NCBI RefSeq assembly: GCF_009834535.1
Contig: NC_045697.1
Span: 6,760,001-6,824,000 of the forward strand
DNA from: Camelus ferus
Taxonomy: Eukaryota
Length of the DNA stretch: 64,000 bases
Direction: 5' to 3'
Shown here: piece by piece, positions 35,985-49,507 of the stretch
Layout of the letters: each line of letters starts with the position of its first letter
Numbering within the stretch: position 1 is the first letter of the stretch
The notes under the pieces: model-generated
The model's database searches: none
The model's input: the letters and a program-made list of their open reading frames with translations, nothing else
Told to the model about the DNA's origin: nothing
Position numbers and translations under genes: made by a program

Positions 35985-36420
35985 GTTTAGAATAAAAACC
36001 AAGCTTCTGATCCTGGCACACAAGTCTGTCCACTATTTGTCCCGCTAGCCCTGCTTGCCTCATGTCTTAAATACAAAACTCCTCCTTTCAACAGAGAAAA
36101 CATCAGGACTTTGCCCATGCCATTCCATCTCCCTGGAACCCCTTCCTGCTCCTCTTTAGCAGATGAGAAATTCCTCCTCATCTCCCGAGACTCAGCTCCA
36201 ATGCCATCTTCTCCACTCTCTCCAACTTGAGTCGTGTGCCCCTGCGCTGTGCTCCCAGGGCACATTGGGTAGAATTCTGGCAAAGCACTCAACTTTGTCA
36301 ATATTTATTTATGTATTTATCTCATCAACTGGATTATAAAACCTTCCAGAGTGGTGTCCATGGATGGTTCATTTTCAGGTCCTTGGAGCCTAGCATAAGG
36401 GCTGGTGAGTAGTTGGTACA
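35985..36420 (+). mobile_element. L2 LINE 3' region
   Basis: caggactttgcccatgccattccatctccctggaacccc...gactcagctccaatgccatcttctcc...ctggattataaaaccttccagag. Confidence 0.7.
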
Positions 36421-36799
36421 AAAGAACTTCTTTGGCACTGGACAACTGGAAATTTCTTATGGCAAAGTTTGGTCTAGCTGCCTGTTTTCAACTGAGCCCC
36501 AGGTCTCCCCCAGGCTTGGATGATGGTACCGAGCTTGCTACCCACTTTCAAGGGCAGACATTGGATTCTCTTATGTCTGAAAGAGAGACCAAGCTCTGGG
36601 AATTGAGGTGAACTCAAGCAACAGAGGAGGAAACCACCATGTTAAGTATTTATTTGCTTGGAGAAAGTGTGTGGCTCACATTTTCAGCAGCCAGGTTGGA
36701 GAGTCTCATTGGGATATTGAAGTAAGAGCTGCAGCAGCTTGCTTGGAAGGCCATAAAGGAAAATGTCATTAATTAATGACATCCTCTTTCCACCAGCGG

Positions 36800-37000
36800 A
36801 TATGTGGCATTTGGAGTCAGACAGATGGGAATTTAATTTTTATCTCAATCTTCACCTGTGTGACCTTGAGAAAAGTTACTTAATTTTTCTAAGCCTCAGG
36901 ATTATCATCATCTTTGAAATAGGGATAAGTGTACTTTCCAAGAGGGTTGTTGTGAGGAATCATAGATACAGTGTAGAGTATATGGTGTTTATAGCATTTA
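36800..37000 (+). mobile_element. MIR SINE interrupted by L1; continues about 37520-37590
   Basis: ttggagtcagacaga...ctgtgtgaccttgagaaaagttacttaatttttctaagcctcag...agggttgttgtgaggaat. Confidence 0.75.
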
Positions 37001-37519
37001 TTTACTCATTTATTTTAACATTTTAAAGAGTTATAGTCAATTTACAATGCTGTGTCAATTTCCAGTGTAGAGCACAATTTTTCTGTTATACATGAACATA
37101 CATATATTCATTGTCACATTCTTTTTTGCTGTGAGCTACCACAAGATCTTGTATATATTTCCCTGTTCTATACAGTATAATCTTGTTTATCTATTCTACA
37201 CATGCCTGTCAGTATCTACGAATTTCAAACTCCCAGTCTGTCCCTTCCCACCCCCTCCCCCTTGGCAACCACAAGAGTTTGTGTTCTATGTCTATGAGTC
37301 TGTTTCTGTTTTGTATTTATGCTCTTTTTTTTTTTTTTTTTTTTTAGATTCCACATATGAGCGATCTCATATAATATTTTTCTTTCTTTTTCTGGCTTAC
37401 TTCACTTAGAATGACATTCTCCAGGAACATCCATGTTGCTGCAAATGGCATTATGTTGTCATTTTTAATGGGTGAATAGTATTCCATTGTATAAATATAC
37501 CACATCTTCTTTATCCAAC
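37001..37519 (-). mobile_element. Young L1 3' end
   Basis: Minus-strand WIKKMWYIYTMEYYSPIKNDNIMPFAATWMFLENVILSEVSQ plus 3'UTR; cattta on both flanks as candidate TSD. Confidence 0.95.
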
Positions 37520-38344
37520 ATTTAGAATATAGCATCTAAAGAAGCGTGGCACAAAGGGTCCTTTACTCGACAGCAACAGTTGTTATTGTGATGGACCCCA
37601 TAATACTCGGATACATGAGTCAGTAAGGATATCTTCTGTGCTGGAATTATAATTCTAGGCAACTAACTCCTTTTCAACATTCTGTCACTTTCCAACACAA
37701 AACTGCACTCCCATGTTAATACTCCTCGAGATAACATGTCATTACTTGGGGGCTCCTTGAGGTTGATGTATCCCAACAAAGTCTGAGCCCTAACTTCAAG
37801 CAGATATTTCTGGGAAGTTATCAGTCAATGGCTAACCTCCTGCAGCAGTGAAGTTCTAGAATTTTCCATTTGATGATGATACTTCTTGACTTTTTATCCT
37901 TGATGTTAATATTCACTGTTACTGTGTCTTCCAGGCTCCTTAACATGGTTTATAAAGCCCTCCACATTCCCACCCCTAGGCCTTTATATAAGTTCTCCTC
38001 TGCCTGAAGGTTTGCAACATCCTCAACTTAACTCTCATCCTCCAGGCCAGGAGTTAACTGTCATTCCATGAAGCCTTCACCAACCCTAAAGTGTGCTTGT
38101 TTTTCCATCACTCATCACTATTTATATTACTTCTGGATTGTAAATCTCTAAATCCACAATATTTTTGTTAACTCCTGGATTGAAAGAAGATAGCCCAAAT
38201 TTATGTGAAGAAGGACTGTGCCTGTTTCCTGGCCCATGCTTTCTGGCAGACACATGTTAAATATTCTGTAAACAGTAGTTGAATGGATGAATGGATGTGG
38301 TTGGTAATAGCCCTTTGAGCACATCCCTGGGTAGGCGTGTGACA

Positions 38345-38585
38345 GGATGGAGAGAGCTCTGGCTTTGGGGTCAGTGCACCTGGTTGAAAATACCAGCTCT
38401 GCCGCCTCTTACCTGGGTACCCACATTCAAGTTACTTACTTTTCTAAACCATATTTTCCTCATCTATAAAATGGGAACAAAATCCCACCCCCACCAGGTT
38501 TGCTGTCAGAATAAATGAATTAAAAAAGAGTCTAGGCCAGCTACCCTACACAGAGCAGGTATTTTGCCAATGATGGTGGGTCATA
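38345..38585 (+). mobile_element. MIR SINE
   Basis: ggctttggggtcag...cctggttgaaaataccagctctgcc...ttcctcatctataaaatggga. Confidence 0.75.
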
Positions 38586-41500
38586 TTGAGATTCCACCCT
38601 GATCACACCTTCTATGCTTTGTGCCACATTGATCAACATGTTTCAGAATTGTGTTTTTGTTCAATGTGTAAGTGAGAATTTGTGTCTATACGTGTGTGTG
38701 TGAGCACTTTTCTTTCTAATAACAGAGAGGTCAGAGTATGCTTGTAATACAATTAAATGTGGGTGCAGGAGATTTACAGACTTCAGAGGATTATTCAAAT
38801 GTTGCTCCTCTCTGCTCCATAGCTCAGTCTTGCTGCTAATGGGTCATGCATCCTTTAAATCCCACCAAATATATAACCTCTCAGAGGAGTGATCCCAGCC
38901 TTACTAGTTAGCCAACCCTCTTTATTATACTTTGATACTAACCTCTTCAGCATATCATGATGATCATTTATTAGTCAGTTGCCTGATTATATATTCAATA
39001 TGTGATTATATTTTATATCACCACCCCTTCCCCCACTACAAGCTTCATTATGGCTAGAAACACATCAGTTTTTCTCACCATCGCATCTTAAGTGTCCAGC
39101 AGAGTGGCTGGAACACAGAAAAATTGCACAAAAAAAATTTCTGGGTCAATGAATAAATGAACAAATATAAAGACTGCATGCAACAAATATATTTACTGCA
39201 ACCCTGAGTTATAAAATGATTTAAAAAGTCAATAGTTAGCTTTTATAGATTCAAGTTTAGCTAAAAACCAGCTGGAGGGGAAACAGTTTAGGAAACACAG
39301 AGAAGTTTTCCAGTCATCTTTGTTAAGGGTATCCTTTTAGCTAGACAATTATGTTCCTCCTGTTCTCCTTTCAGTAAACAAGTTTCAGAAGGGAGGTGCA
39401 TTTCCAAAGATATTTGCCAATTTTATAGATGGATTTTTTTCCCTAGATCTGATGAGTGAATACCTATTAAAAAGAAAAAGGGAAAAAAAGTAGTTCAAAT
39501 GAGACAGTTTTATCCCACTGAAGCATTTGTTTACTGTGGTATTTTTTTTCTTAATTGCTTTGAGGAAAATAGAGACCTTTACCTAATAATTGGAGTGATG
39601 TATCAATCAGTGTCCTATCAATTATTGCAAATGTACCTGCAAGCTTTTTGAGATGGGACTCAAGCTCATCATTGTTTCCTTTATTTTTATTATGATTTTT
39701 ATGTAGCATGAACCAAATTACCCATTTTTCCCCTGCACACATGTTATTTTGAACCACTGTCCATGCTCAACACAGCTTCCATACATTAACCACAATGTTC
39801 ATAAAACATGCTAATGGAGGGGTCACCGATTTCTCTGTAAAGAGAAGTTCAAATACCAAATGGTCCTCTTTAGGGGACGGAAAGGGCATTTTCAAGCATG
39901 CATTTGGCATGATGTAGAAAATACCTACTCCAAGCATATAGATTTTTCTTTTTTTTTGTCTTATTTATGTTACTCTGGGGGACTTGGGTTCATCGATTTT
40001 TATGAAGCTATGCCAGGGTTTTCCAACTGGTGCTTTATCTAAAATAATGTCTTATCAAGAAAGTCAGCAAAAACCATTCATTCATTCATTTGTTCACCTG
40101 TTCATTCATTCATCTGCTTGTTCAAATATTTGCTCACAGAGTCAAGAGAACTTTATTTAAAAATCTACCACCTGTCAGGAATGGTGCCAGGCTCAATGTA
40201 GTGGCTTAGGTGCCATTCACTCCACCTGACTGACCTTACTGGAGGCCTTCCTCAGACAGTCAGCAGACTGTGTGTTCCCTGGATAGTTGGTCATTACCTC
40301 AATGCATCTCTTCTCTTTTCACCAGAGCCTTGCATCAGGGATGCAGAGATGAATTGACTAGATGGTCTCATCTTGGGTAGAAAAGGCAGGCAAGCCAACA
40401 ATCACAGTGCAGTGCGGCATATGTGAAGATGAGGCTGAGTGTAGGTGTGTATGTGCGAGCACAGGTGAAGGGTGTATCCCCCTCCCCCGCAAACACTGAG
40501 GGTGTGGAGGTGGAAAAGGAAGGTGGCATCTGAGCTGAGCATCATCAGACAAATGAGTTAGTGTGGAGAAGGAAGAAGAGAAGGAATTTAAAAGAGGGAC
40601 CAGGTATATCTGGATTTCCCCAAGTTCTTTGTCAAAGCATTTCATGAGAATATATATATATATATGCACGTGGGAAATGTTTTGAGAATTGGAGATAAGC
40701 ATATTTTTCACTAGTCAAATAAGGCATGAACCTGAGAGAGTCTCAACATGCCCCTCTTTCCTCTTTTTTTCCCCCAGATCCTTCCTCTAGTCTTCCACGT
40801 GGCCTCCTCCTATGAACTGGTTTGTCTGTGTGGGAACTCATTCACTGATGGTGCCTAGAGCACACATTTCAGGCCTGTGTCTTTTCAACCAGTGTAATCC
40901 GGGCTGAATGCCCTGCCAGTCATCTCCTGAAAGTGGCCAGCTGTGCAGATTCAGCATCTCTGGTGGAAGGTGATGGCCGTGTCTTCTGCAAACAGGAAGC
41001 ACCCGACAAGTTCTGCTGACGCTGCAAGATGGGAAAGGCAGATAGGCAGTCACTGTTTTTCAAACTGACAGCTGGAAATAAAAAAGCAATGGGGCCAAAT
41101 GTTTTCACTGGGACAGAGCATCTTGATGGGAAAGTTGAAATTGAATCAACTTAACGAGGAAGGGTGGTAGCTTTAGGTATATTGCCTATTGGAGAACCAT
41201 GCATAGGCAGATAAAGCCCCAAAAGAATGACTTAAAAGATATTAAAGAAGGAGATAAGGCCTCCAGGAAGCGTCCTGTGCTTACTATGTACATATAACAT
41301 CACTATCAGTACCAACTCACTTGTAAGCCCAAATATGAAATTCAATAGCAGAAGCTGCCTTTTCAGGCAGCTTAATACCATAGGACCCAATTAACTGGGG
41401 ACAGATAGAAAGTGGAAGATAAAACAGTGTATAATGAGATCATATGGGGTATGCAAATGAAATTCCACAGTCTTATAATATTGTGATAGAAAAGACATTT

Positions 41501-42184
41501 CTGCAAATCATTACATTTGTTTGTGAAGTATCAAAGAGCCGCCCTGATCCAGTGCCCTTGTGAAATCACACTCTGGGTTACAAAGAAACACAGGAACAGT
41601 TAAATCCTGGTTCGCAGTTGCTCCATTTAGGAAGACCTGAGCCAAATGCATTATATCTTGTGAACCTATGGTTGCACCCAGCTCTTGGAAAAGCACAGAA
41701 CTTGGTTCTCAGCAATGTATGCCCCACTGCCCCCAAACTTTTATTTAGCATTATGTTACAGAAAGGGGTAACAAAAGGGAAGAGAAAACCAGGAATTTCC
41801 ATGAATCTAGAGTTCATTGGACAATGCTTTTCACACACATTCTTTAATCCACATTCTTGCAAGAAAGAGAACATTGTCTTAATTAAAAAAAAATTGAACC
41901 CAAGGTTGGGAGGGGCTGACTGACTCGCTTGAGACTGAGCAGAGGAGAAGTGGAGTTTGAGCCACCATCTCAGAAATGCTAGCAGCTAACTGCATGACTC
42001 TGTCCTATATGGGAGGAATCTCAGGTGTGCACCAGGTACTACCTGGGTGCACCTGTGCTTTTAAAATCAATGTCCTATTAAACCCTAGTCCTCTCACCTT
42101 TATGATCCCATCCTTTCTAGTAAACAAAAATAAAATAAGTTTCCAATTCATGGTGTTTAAATCTCTCATCTCTTGTCTTTGATC

Positions 42185-42269
42185 TTTTTTTTTTTTTTTC
42201 AAACGGAGGTCCTGGGAACTGAACCAAGAACCTCATTCATGCTCAGCATGAGTTGTACCCCCATCCCCC
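42185..42269 (-). mobile_element. Degenerate tRNA-derived short SINE with A-tail and internal deletion
   Basis: Reverse complement ggggatgggggtacaactcatgctgagcatgaatgaggttcttggttcagttcccaggacctccgtttg(a)n; same family as 46695 but lacking part of the A-box region. Confidence 0.75.
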
Positions 42270-43579
42270 TATCTCTGAAATTTGTGACTTGAAGAAGAGC
42301 TTTCCATTCACAATTAAGCTGCTGGGATAGAAGGAGAGGTGTTATGCTTGCCCTGGTTTGTGGCTCCTCCTCTTCGATGTGATTTAATAACCAGGTTATC
42401 TCGGAAACATAAAAGTGTCAATGAATACCCAAAGACACAATTATCTAACTTTCGACTTAATCTCTTATTTTCTGTGGCATGTTGGCAACTTGCCTGGGAT
42501 GTCAGGTTCATATTAAGAAAACTCCTATGTGTAACTCCATCACACAATTGCAGTCATGAGCTGTTTCAAGAGCTTCCAAAATCCAGCACAAATGCTGTTC
42601 CTGGTTCAGTTCCCACAGCATTTTCTACGTACCTGGCTCTAAATCTTCCAATGAGTACAATTCACTCCTTCCTCCTGGCCACTGGCCATCTGAGCTTTGG
42701 GTCTGCTCACAGCAAAAGTCAGGTCCCCCTTTTGCATTACCTGTCTCTGTGTTTACTATATTATAGCTTATTTATTTCATTTGTACACAACGCCTAATAC
42801 CAATTTCCCAAATTTAACTTTAGGTGATGATCAAGGAGTGTGCTCGGATTCCTATCACTTCCTGCCTCTAGGCTGGACTCCTTTCCGCCAATAAGACCCC
42901 AGCACAACCTGGCCCACCTCAGCCTTCAAGGGGAAGTGTGTTAGCTCCAAGTGTGCCTGTCACTGTCATGACATTTTTGTAACCCTTTGTTTATGTGTTT
43001 ATGGCTTGCACTATGCCGTAGACTGTGCCCCACCTGGGGGTGGGACTTCATTTATCTTCATTGATGAATCTTTGTTCTTTCACCTCTACACTTCACACTC
43101 TGTTCAGAGGCACTCATAAATGTTTAACCCTATAAATGAGCAAATGCAGTGAATGTTGAACGAATAGATTCACTTTACCAGTCACGAGAGCCAAGAATTG
43201 CCACCTGACCTTCCCCATCTTGGTAGGTTCAGCACATTTAAATCTATGAACTGCAGCCTGGACTCAAAATGAAGAGTCAATGAATAAAGGTGAGGAAGAG
43301 GGTGAAGGTCCCTCAGTGCATATGGTAGGGCATCCTTCATGGACCTCAAAAAACCTCAGTGTTGCCAAAGACCCAAAGAGAAAACGGGCTTTTGTAACAA
43401 CTCACGGTTGTAGTAATCACAGTACGTAATGTCCCTCCACACACCCTTCCTTCTACAAGGAACAACATACCTCTTGAAAACCAAGCCCCCAAAGAGGTCC
43501 ATGGGCCAGAAATGGATCCCACGTATGTGCAGATAAGTGCTAGGGCAGAATTTCAATTCAAGAGCTATCTGGAACCATC

Positions 43580-43780
43580 TGTTTGCAATGTGCTTTCCTG
43601 GACCATGTTTTATCTTAATCTTATAGTGATCTCAAGGCATAAGTAGAGCAGAAGTTATTATTTCCATTTTCGAGACAAAAAACTAGGCTCAAAGGGAAAC
43701 TAAGTGACTTATCCAAGTACTTAGCGCCAATAAATAGTGCAGCCAGAACTCAAACTCGAATGTTCATTCTGCTCTATGAC
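43580..43780 (-). mobile_element. MIR SINE
   Basis: ttattatttccattttcgagacaaaaaactaggctcaaagg...aagtgacttatccaag...gcagccagaactcaaactc. Confidence 0.65.
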
Positions 43781-43899
43781 ATAATTGCTTAGAAAGAAAA
43801 AAAAATTTGAAGAAAGAAAACAATATCTATTTACTTATATCCTTTGGGCACATAAATTGAATCAAGCTTCTCTGCCAGATACCAGAGCTATAAATGGTG

Positions 43900-44145
43900 T
43901 GCTTTAAGGGGAAAAAACAGGCACTTGGAAGTCAAAACAAGTTCATGCTTGACTCCCAAACTCACCATCCATACCCTGTGACCCCTAGGAAGTTGACTCA
44001 CCTCCCAAGGTCAGTTTTCTCAACATAAAATTAGAAAAATAACACCTACCGCAAACAGGTCTTCTGAAGATTAATAAAGTGACACCATTGTGCACAGTGT
44101 GTGGCACACAGTAGGTCTGCCAACTACAGTACTGACTTGTATTAC
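43900..44145 (+). mobile_element. MIR SINE
   Basis: ctgtgacccctaggaagttgactcacctc...tcagttttctcaacataaaa...cacagtgtgtggcacacagtagg. Confidence 0.7.
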
Positions 44146-45456
44146 CCTAATTCCCATAGATAAACCAGTCCCTAGATATAGTACATGCTTATATACTGGT
44201 TTTCAATTTATTGATTTGGGGGAGAGTTGTAAAGGTGAGAAACTATATTGCATTTAGTTATAATTTTTTATAAATCACCTTAATTTGAAGCAAATAAAAT
44301 GACTGAAACTTCTAAATTAAGTGGTCAATGGCACAGGAAATGGTAGAACTGAAGGTGCCGAGGTGTTTATTCCAGCCTCAGGCAGCATGATCTGGTTCCA
44401 CAGAGGAAATCTCGCCTTCCTGCTGTCCAGTCTTAGCTCCCAGGACCCTTCTCAGCACAAAGCCAGCACGTGTGTATGCATATATTGACTCGTGGGACGA
44501 TAGGCTGGGCCTGTCCATGACCTTCAGGGTCAGACTCTGCACTCCAAAGCTTTCAGCTCAGTTCCCAGCCCCGATGCTCAACCTTGCTCCCAGAAAAGGA
44601 AGCGGGCTCTCCAGCCAGCCTGACCCAGACTGCCTGCCCTTTGTAACCTCTCTGAGTCAGGTAGAGAGCCTCCCACAATTAAGGGGTTAGCAAATGTTTG
44701 GTTGTTGAATCCCACTTCCAGAGGCCAGCCCTCCAAACCAATAAAGACATAAATCTATACACGTATTTTTCTAAATGTCATGATATGACTCATTCCATCC
44801 CTTGAGTCATCCTCTAGCAAAATTCAATGTCCCCAGTCATTTCTCTGAACTTTAAGGCCCCTTTCCCATTCTGAACCTTCAAAAATGGCTGAATCTCTAC
44901 CACGGGGTGGGATCTCTCATTTTTTTTTCATAGAAAACAGTCCAGACTCTCTAACTGGCTGCTTGAGCCCTGTCTCTGGTGCAGGAAATAGAGAAATGAG
45001 CCTGTGGACACATCTGGACTCTGAGAGCTCTGAAATTCTTGCCTGTTTTAAGATCTGCGAACTAAGTTTCAACACACCTACCTCCGTAGCATCTTCCAGA
45101 TCAAAGGAAGGATTCCTTAACTAACATAATTCTTTGATTTCTGTGTGTCTAAAGTGGGAGCACAATGGCTGATAAAAGAAGAAATTAGCAACGTCTACAT
45201 CAGTTGTAAATTATCAACATCAAAGCTGTGTTTTTATCACTTCCAGAGTTTTGTTTTTTGTCTTACTTTTGCTTTTTTCTTCTAAACAGGCTGAAAAAAT
45301 GTTTGCAAAGAGGACGCATTCAGTTTAAGCTAATACCATAGTTCTTGCATTACATGTTAGCAATTTCAGCCTGTGAAATACCCAAATTGTTTGCTCTTTT
45401 ATCTGGGTTGGAGGTAGAGGGCTTTGCAGGGGATGCAGGGACCAGTTACAAGACTC

Positions 45457-46003
45457 TGTGGTGACTTTAAAATATCTTCACAGATTCTTTGATGATCTTC
45501 CCGGTGAGAGGTGGGATCTGCAGCCCCTCTCACAGAATCTGGGCTGGCTTTAGTGCCTCACTCTTCACCAACAGAACGCAGCAGAGATGGCCTGCCTGAC
45601 TTCTGAGGCTAGGTCACAGAAGGTGAAGAGGCATCCGCTGTGTCAGCTGGGGTGTTTACCTTTGGAGTTCTGAGCTGGCAGGTTAGCAGCTGTTCTGCTT
45701 AGAAGCCCAAGGTATTAGCAAACGTACTAAACAATCGGTCTCTGGGCATACAATGCCCGTGTGCCATTATCCATGTGGGGAGATGACATGGAAAGGCCCA
45801 AAGACTGCACAGAGAGGTGACAGGCCAACTGTTCCCCGCCCCTCCGTAATTCCAGCTCCCTCTCTTGTCTGACTAGGAATACAGGAGAGTCCCTGAGCCC
45901 TTCCTAAATTCCTGACCCAGAAAAACAGTGAAAGATGACAAAATGATAGTTGTTTCAATTCACTGATTTGGGGCTAATTATTATACAAATACTAACTAGA
46001 ACA
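45457..46003 (+). mobile_element. MLT1G/H-like MaLR solo LTR
   Basis: tgtggtgactttaaaatat...tgacttctgaggctaggtca...aaattcctgacccag...taactagaaca. Confidence 0.8.
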
Positions 46004-46694
46004 TTGTGTTTGTAAGATTTACTTGCAGCTCCATCAATTAAAAAAAAAAGTCCTGCAATATGCCATGGTCTAGGCCGCAGAGGAGATCCTTGGCCTTTCC
46101 ACACTCTGGAGATGGCACTGACTATGCAGGTGGCTAGGAATTCACTTTTTAGGGGACCCAATGCTACGTCATTGGCAGAACTAAAATGAGGGTTCACCAG
46201 GCAAAGAAGGCAGAGAAGAACGCTCCGTCAGAAGAGGGACTGTGAGCAAGATCCCGGGGGTGTGTGACTGCAACGTGTCACCCAGGGCAGGGATGCTTCC
46301 ACTGCAGGCTGAAGCTCAGGGTGAACTGTCAGGGTGAGTGACTCTACAAAATGTAAGACGTAGTGGGACATTCAAAGCAGTTTAGAAAGGGACTTGAATG
46401 TCACGAAAAAGTGTTTACAGTTTCTCCTGTAAGTGATGTTTAGTTAAGTTATGGAGGGATATTGACCAGATGCATATTTTAAAACTACACACACTCTCCT
46501 TCTATATATATATATTTTTCATATATACCATAGATATATATTTTAATTTACACATACATATGTGTAAATAAATGAAAAGAGACTTTCATAAGAGGAAATA
46601 AAAATATAATTTGAAATACAAAATACAGTCATCATAATTTTAATACAGAAATACATAAGAAGTATACAAAGAAGATATTTAAACATTACCACAT

Positions 46695-46776
46695 GAGGGA
46701 TGGCATAGCTCAGTGGTGGAGTGCGTGCTTAGCATGAAGAAGGTCCTGGATTCAATCCCCAGTACCTTCATTAAAG
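46695..46776 (+). mobile_element. tRNA(Ala)-derived short SINE (camelid Vic-1-like)
   Basis: gagggatggcatagctcagtggtggagtgcgtgcttagcatgaagaaggtcctggattcaatccccagtacc: A-box and B-box, short A tail, 13-bp TSD aaa(c/a)attaccaca at 46681-93 and 46777-89. Confidence 0.9.
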
Positions 46777-46861
46777 AAAAATTACCACAAATTCCAATAC
46801 CAAGATAGAAGCATTATTAACATTTCAGAGAATATCTACAGATATTTCTTCATGTGTATTC

Positions 46862-47375
46862 TCTCATTTAAAAAGATTTATTGATCATCTAATATGTGCC
46901 AGGCAGTGATGAATGAGAAATTTTATGGTCCTTGGTCTCTTTGTGTTTGCAGTATAGTGATGGAGGTGGATGGATGACAAACGCATGGATGATAAACTCA
47001 ACACAGAAACAGTTGCAAGTTGTAACAAGAGCCATGGCCAGGAGCAAAACGTGTGCACTGAGACAGACTGGGGAGGTTTGCACAGAGTGGGAAAAGAAAG
47101 CTTTGATTACAAAATGGTGTTTCAACGTGAAGGATGCCATAAGCTAAGTAAGAACGGCTCAAGCAGAGGAATGAACAGACAAAAGGAAAACTGAGTGAGA
47201 AAGAACTTAGGATGTCCAGAGACACAGCGTGGCTGAGCACAGTGAGGGAGGGTCCATGCTGTGACTTAAGATTTGACCAGGGCAGTCAAGAAGTGGACTG
47301 TGGGTCACTGTGAAGGGTCTGCATATGCTCCCAGTGAAAAGAAACTAAATTAGTTTTAAACAGGGAAGGCAGCTT
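46862..47375 (-). mobile_element. L2 LINE 3' fragment
   Basis: tcatttaaaaagatttattgatcatctaatatgtgccaggcagtg is an antisense L2 tail; later ttttaaacaggga. Confidence 0.7.
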
Positions 47376-47392
47376 TGGAAACATATGACTAT

Positions 47393-47710
47393 ATGCTACG
47401 GTCTGAATATGTTCCTCCAATATTCATATGTTGAAACCTGACCCCCAAGGAGATGCTGTTAAGAGATGGGGCCATTGGGAGGTGATTAGTACCCTTATAA
47501 AAGCAGCCTGAAAAAGCCCCCTCGCCCTTGAGCCATATGAAGTTGCAGGAAAGGATGTCATCCAGGAAGCAGGCCCTCACCAGACACCGTATCTGCCAGC
47601 ACCACAATCTCAGACTTTTCCGCCTCCAGAACTGTAAGAAATAAATGTTTTCTGCTTATAAGCCACCCAGTTTATGCTATTCTGTTGTAGCAGCCCAAAT
47701 AGACCAAGAA
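47393..47710 (+). mobile_element. MLT1A-type MaLR solo LTR
   Basis: tgctacggtctgaatatgttcctcc...gcctccagaactgtaagaaataaatg...ataagccacccagtttatg...tagcagcccaaatagac. Confidence 0.9.
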
Positions 47711-48649
47711 TATATAAATATAAGAATAACTTTAAAGAAATAGGATTATAATAAACATGCTACTTTATTGCTGCATAAAATTTCTGAATGCTTTTATATG
47801 TGGATAAATATAGCTCTACATTATTATTTAAATGGCTACAGACTATTCTGTTATGTGCGTTTACTATCATTAATTTAACCAGTTCCTCATGGATGGACAT
47901 TTACTTTTCGCTGTTATAAAAAAAATCCTGCGTTAAACAGCCACAGAGCATGTGTTTTTATACACTTTCCTGAATAGTTGTAGGGAAAAATTAATTGAAA
48001 GGGAAGTCTGGGTTAAAGGGATATTCACTATAAATTTTGTCTCTTGTTTCTAGGTTCTCCCCACAAAATGTTACACCAGGATCTAGTTCCTGTAGCATTA
48101 TATGAGAGGCCCCCTTTCCCCTCACCCCACAGACCCTAAACCTTTGCCAATATTATAGGCTAAAAAACTTCTCATTTCATTTCCATAATTTTCCATTACC
48201 TGTGTGGTTGGGAGTCTTGTCATGTTTCCTAGCTGGGACTCAAGTTTTAGGAATTAGATATTTGTGTTCTTTGTTCATTTTCCCATGGATTTTGTTATCT
48301 TTTTTTTCTTATTACTTTGTCATAGTGCTTAGAATAAAGCTAATAAAATTATTTATTAAACTTCAGATTTTTTTTTGTTTGTTTTTATGTGGTTAAATTC
48401 ACCTGTCTTTTATTTTATGTTTTCTGCTTTTGAGGTCAAGCTTTAACAGAAGTAGAAAATAATAATGTCATGAAGATGGCACAGTTGCATTTCTGGAGCA
48501 TCTGACAAGGTCTGTTGAGTCACTGATGTATGTAATAGGAAAGTTCAGTAAGTCTAACAGTTTCTTAGGAAATGCAAATGTCAGCAGCTTTCTCACAATA
48601 GAAGCAAAAGGAAAATAGAAACTCCCCCCCCCCCCAAATCCCACTCACT

Positions 48650-49280
48650 TGCAACAGGATCAAATAAATATAAGTAATCTTAGTTTAAGAATATAATTTT
48701 TATGATAAAAATGGAAAGGATCAACCTAGAGTAACATGAAGGAACAAGCAAATGAAGAAACTTACTTAGCTTGAGATGAGGGAAGACTCAGTATTGTGAA
48801 GATGGGGATTCGCACATTCTCCATCTACAAAGTCAATGCACTTCCAATCAAAGTTTCCATGATTTAAAAAACAGGTATAATTATTCTAAGGTTCATCTTG
48901 AAAAATAAATATGCAGCAATAGGAAAGACAATTATGAAATGGAGGAATAATGAAAAGACAGTTTTAAGATTATAAATTAAAATATATTGTAAATCCCTAT
49001 TCCAATTAAAACAGAAATCAATAAAGAAATTGGCAAAATGATGAGTGAGAGGAATCCAACTTAGAGCCAGATTCACATAGGAAATTAGTCTATGGCCAAG
49101 TTAGCATTAAAATCAGTGGAGGAACATAGATTATTTAATAAATTGTATTGGGACATTTGGCAAACCATTAGGAGAAAAAAAATGAGATCATTTATGCACT
49201 TTTTACATCAAAATAAATTCCAAAGCAAGCAAAGCTTTAATTATAAAAGCAGGCAAAACAACAATGCAGCTATACAGATT
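48650..49280 (+). mobile_element. Old L1M ORF2 fragment
   Basis: gggaagactcagtattgtgaagatg...caaagtcaatgcacttccaatcaaa...gattatttaataaattgtattgggaca. Confidence 0.75.
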
Positions 49281-49281
49281 C

Positions 49282-49507
49282 TTTTTTTTTTTTTTAGGAA
49301 ACCCACTTTATTTGTTTATTTTTTTAACATTTTTTATTGATTTATAATCATTTTACAATGTTGTGTCAAATTCCAGTGTAGAGCACAATTTTTCAGTTAT
49401 ACATGAACATACATATATTCATTGTCACATTTTTTTCTCTGTGAGCTACCAGAAGATCTTGTGTATATTTCCCTGTGCTATACAGTATAATTCTGTCTAT
49501 CTATTCT
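49282..49507 (-). mobile_element. Young L1 3' end with short extra sequence before the poly-A
   Basis: Antisense L1 3'UTR; TSD gattctt at 49277-83 and 49508-14; T14 tail. Confidence 0.9.

Larger units (their letters stand above)
46570..48450 (-). mobile_element. Old L1ME-like 3' region, interrupted by a SINE, an L2 and MLT1A
   Basis: cattattaacattt...atatttcttcatg (before 46860) and aatggctacagactattctgt...atttaaccagttcctcatggatggacattta (after 47740) are consecutive antisense L1ME-type segments. Confidence 0.55.

Noticed and set aside
9643..41549. Exact 17-mer aaagagccgccctgatc at about 9643 and 41533
   Set aside because: Flanks do not align, and one 17-bp match within 64 kb is plausible by chance.
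42339..42797. Longest ORF in the track (152 aa)
   Set aside because: No recognisable domain, Leu/Ser-rich composition typical of chance ORFs, and the 3' part looks like L2-derived sequence.
46695..46776. Possible tRNA-Ala gene
   Set aside because: Has a TSD and A-rich tail, acceptor and anticodon stems do not pair cleanly, and a related degenerate copy is at 42185; it is a SINE.
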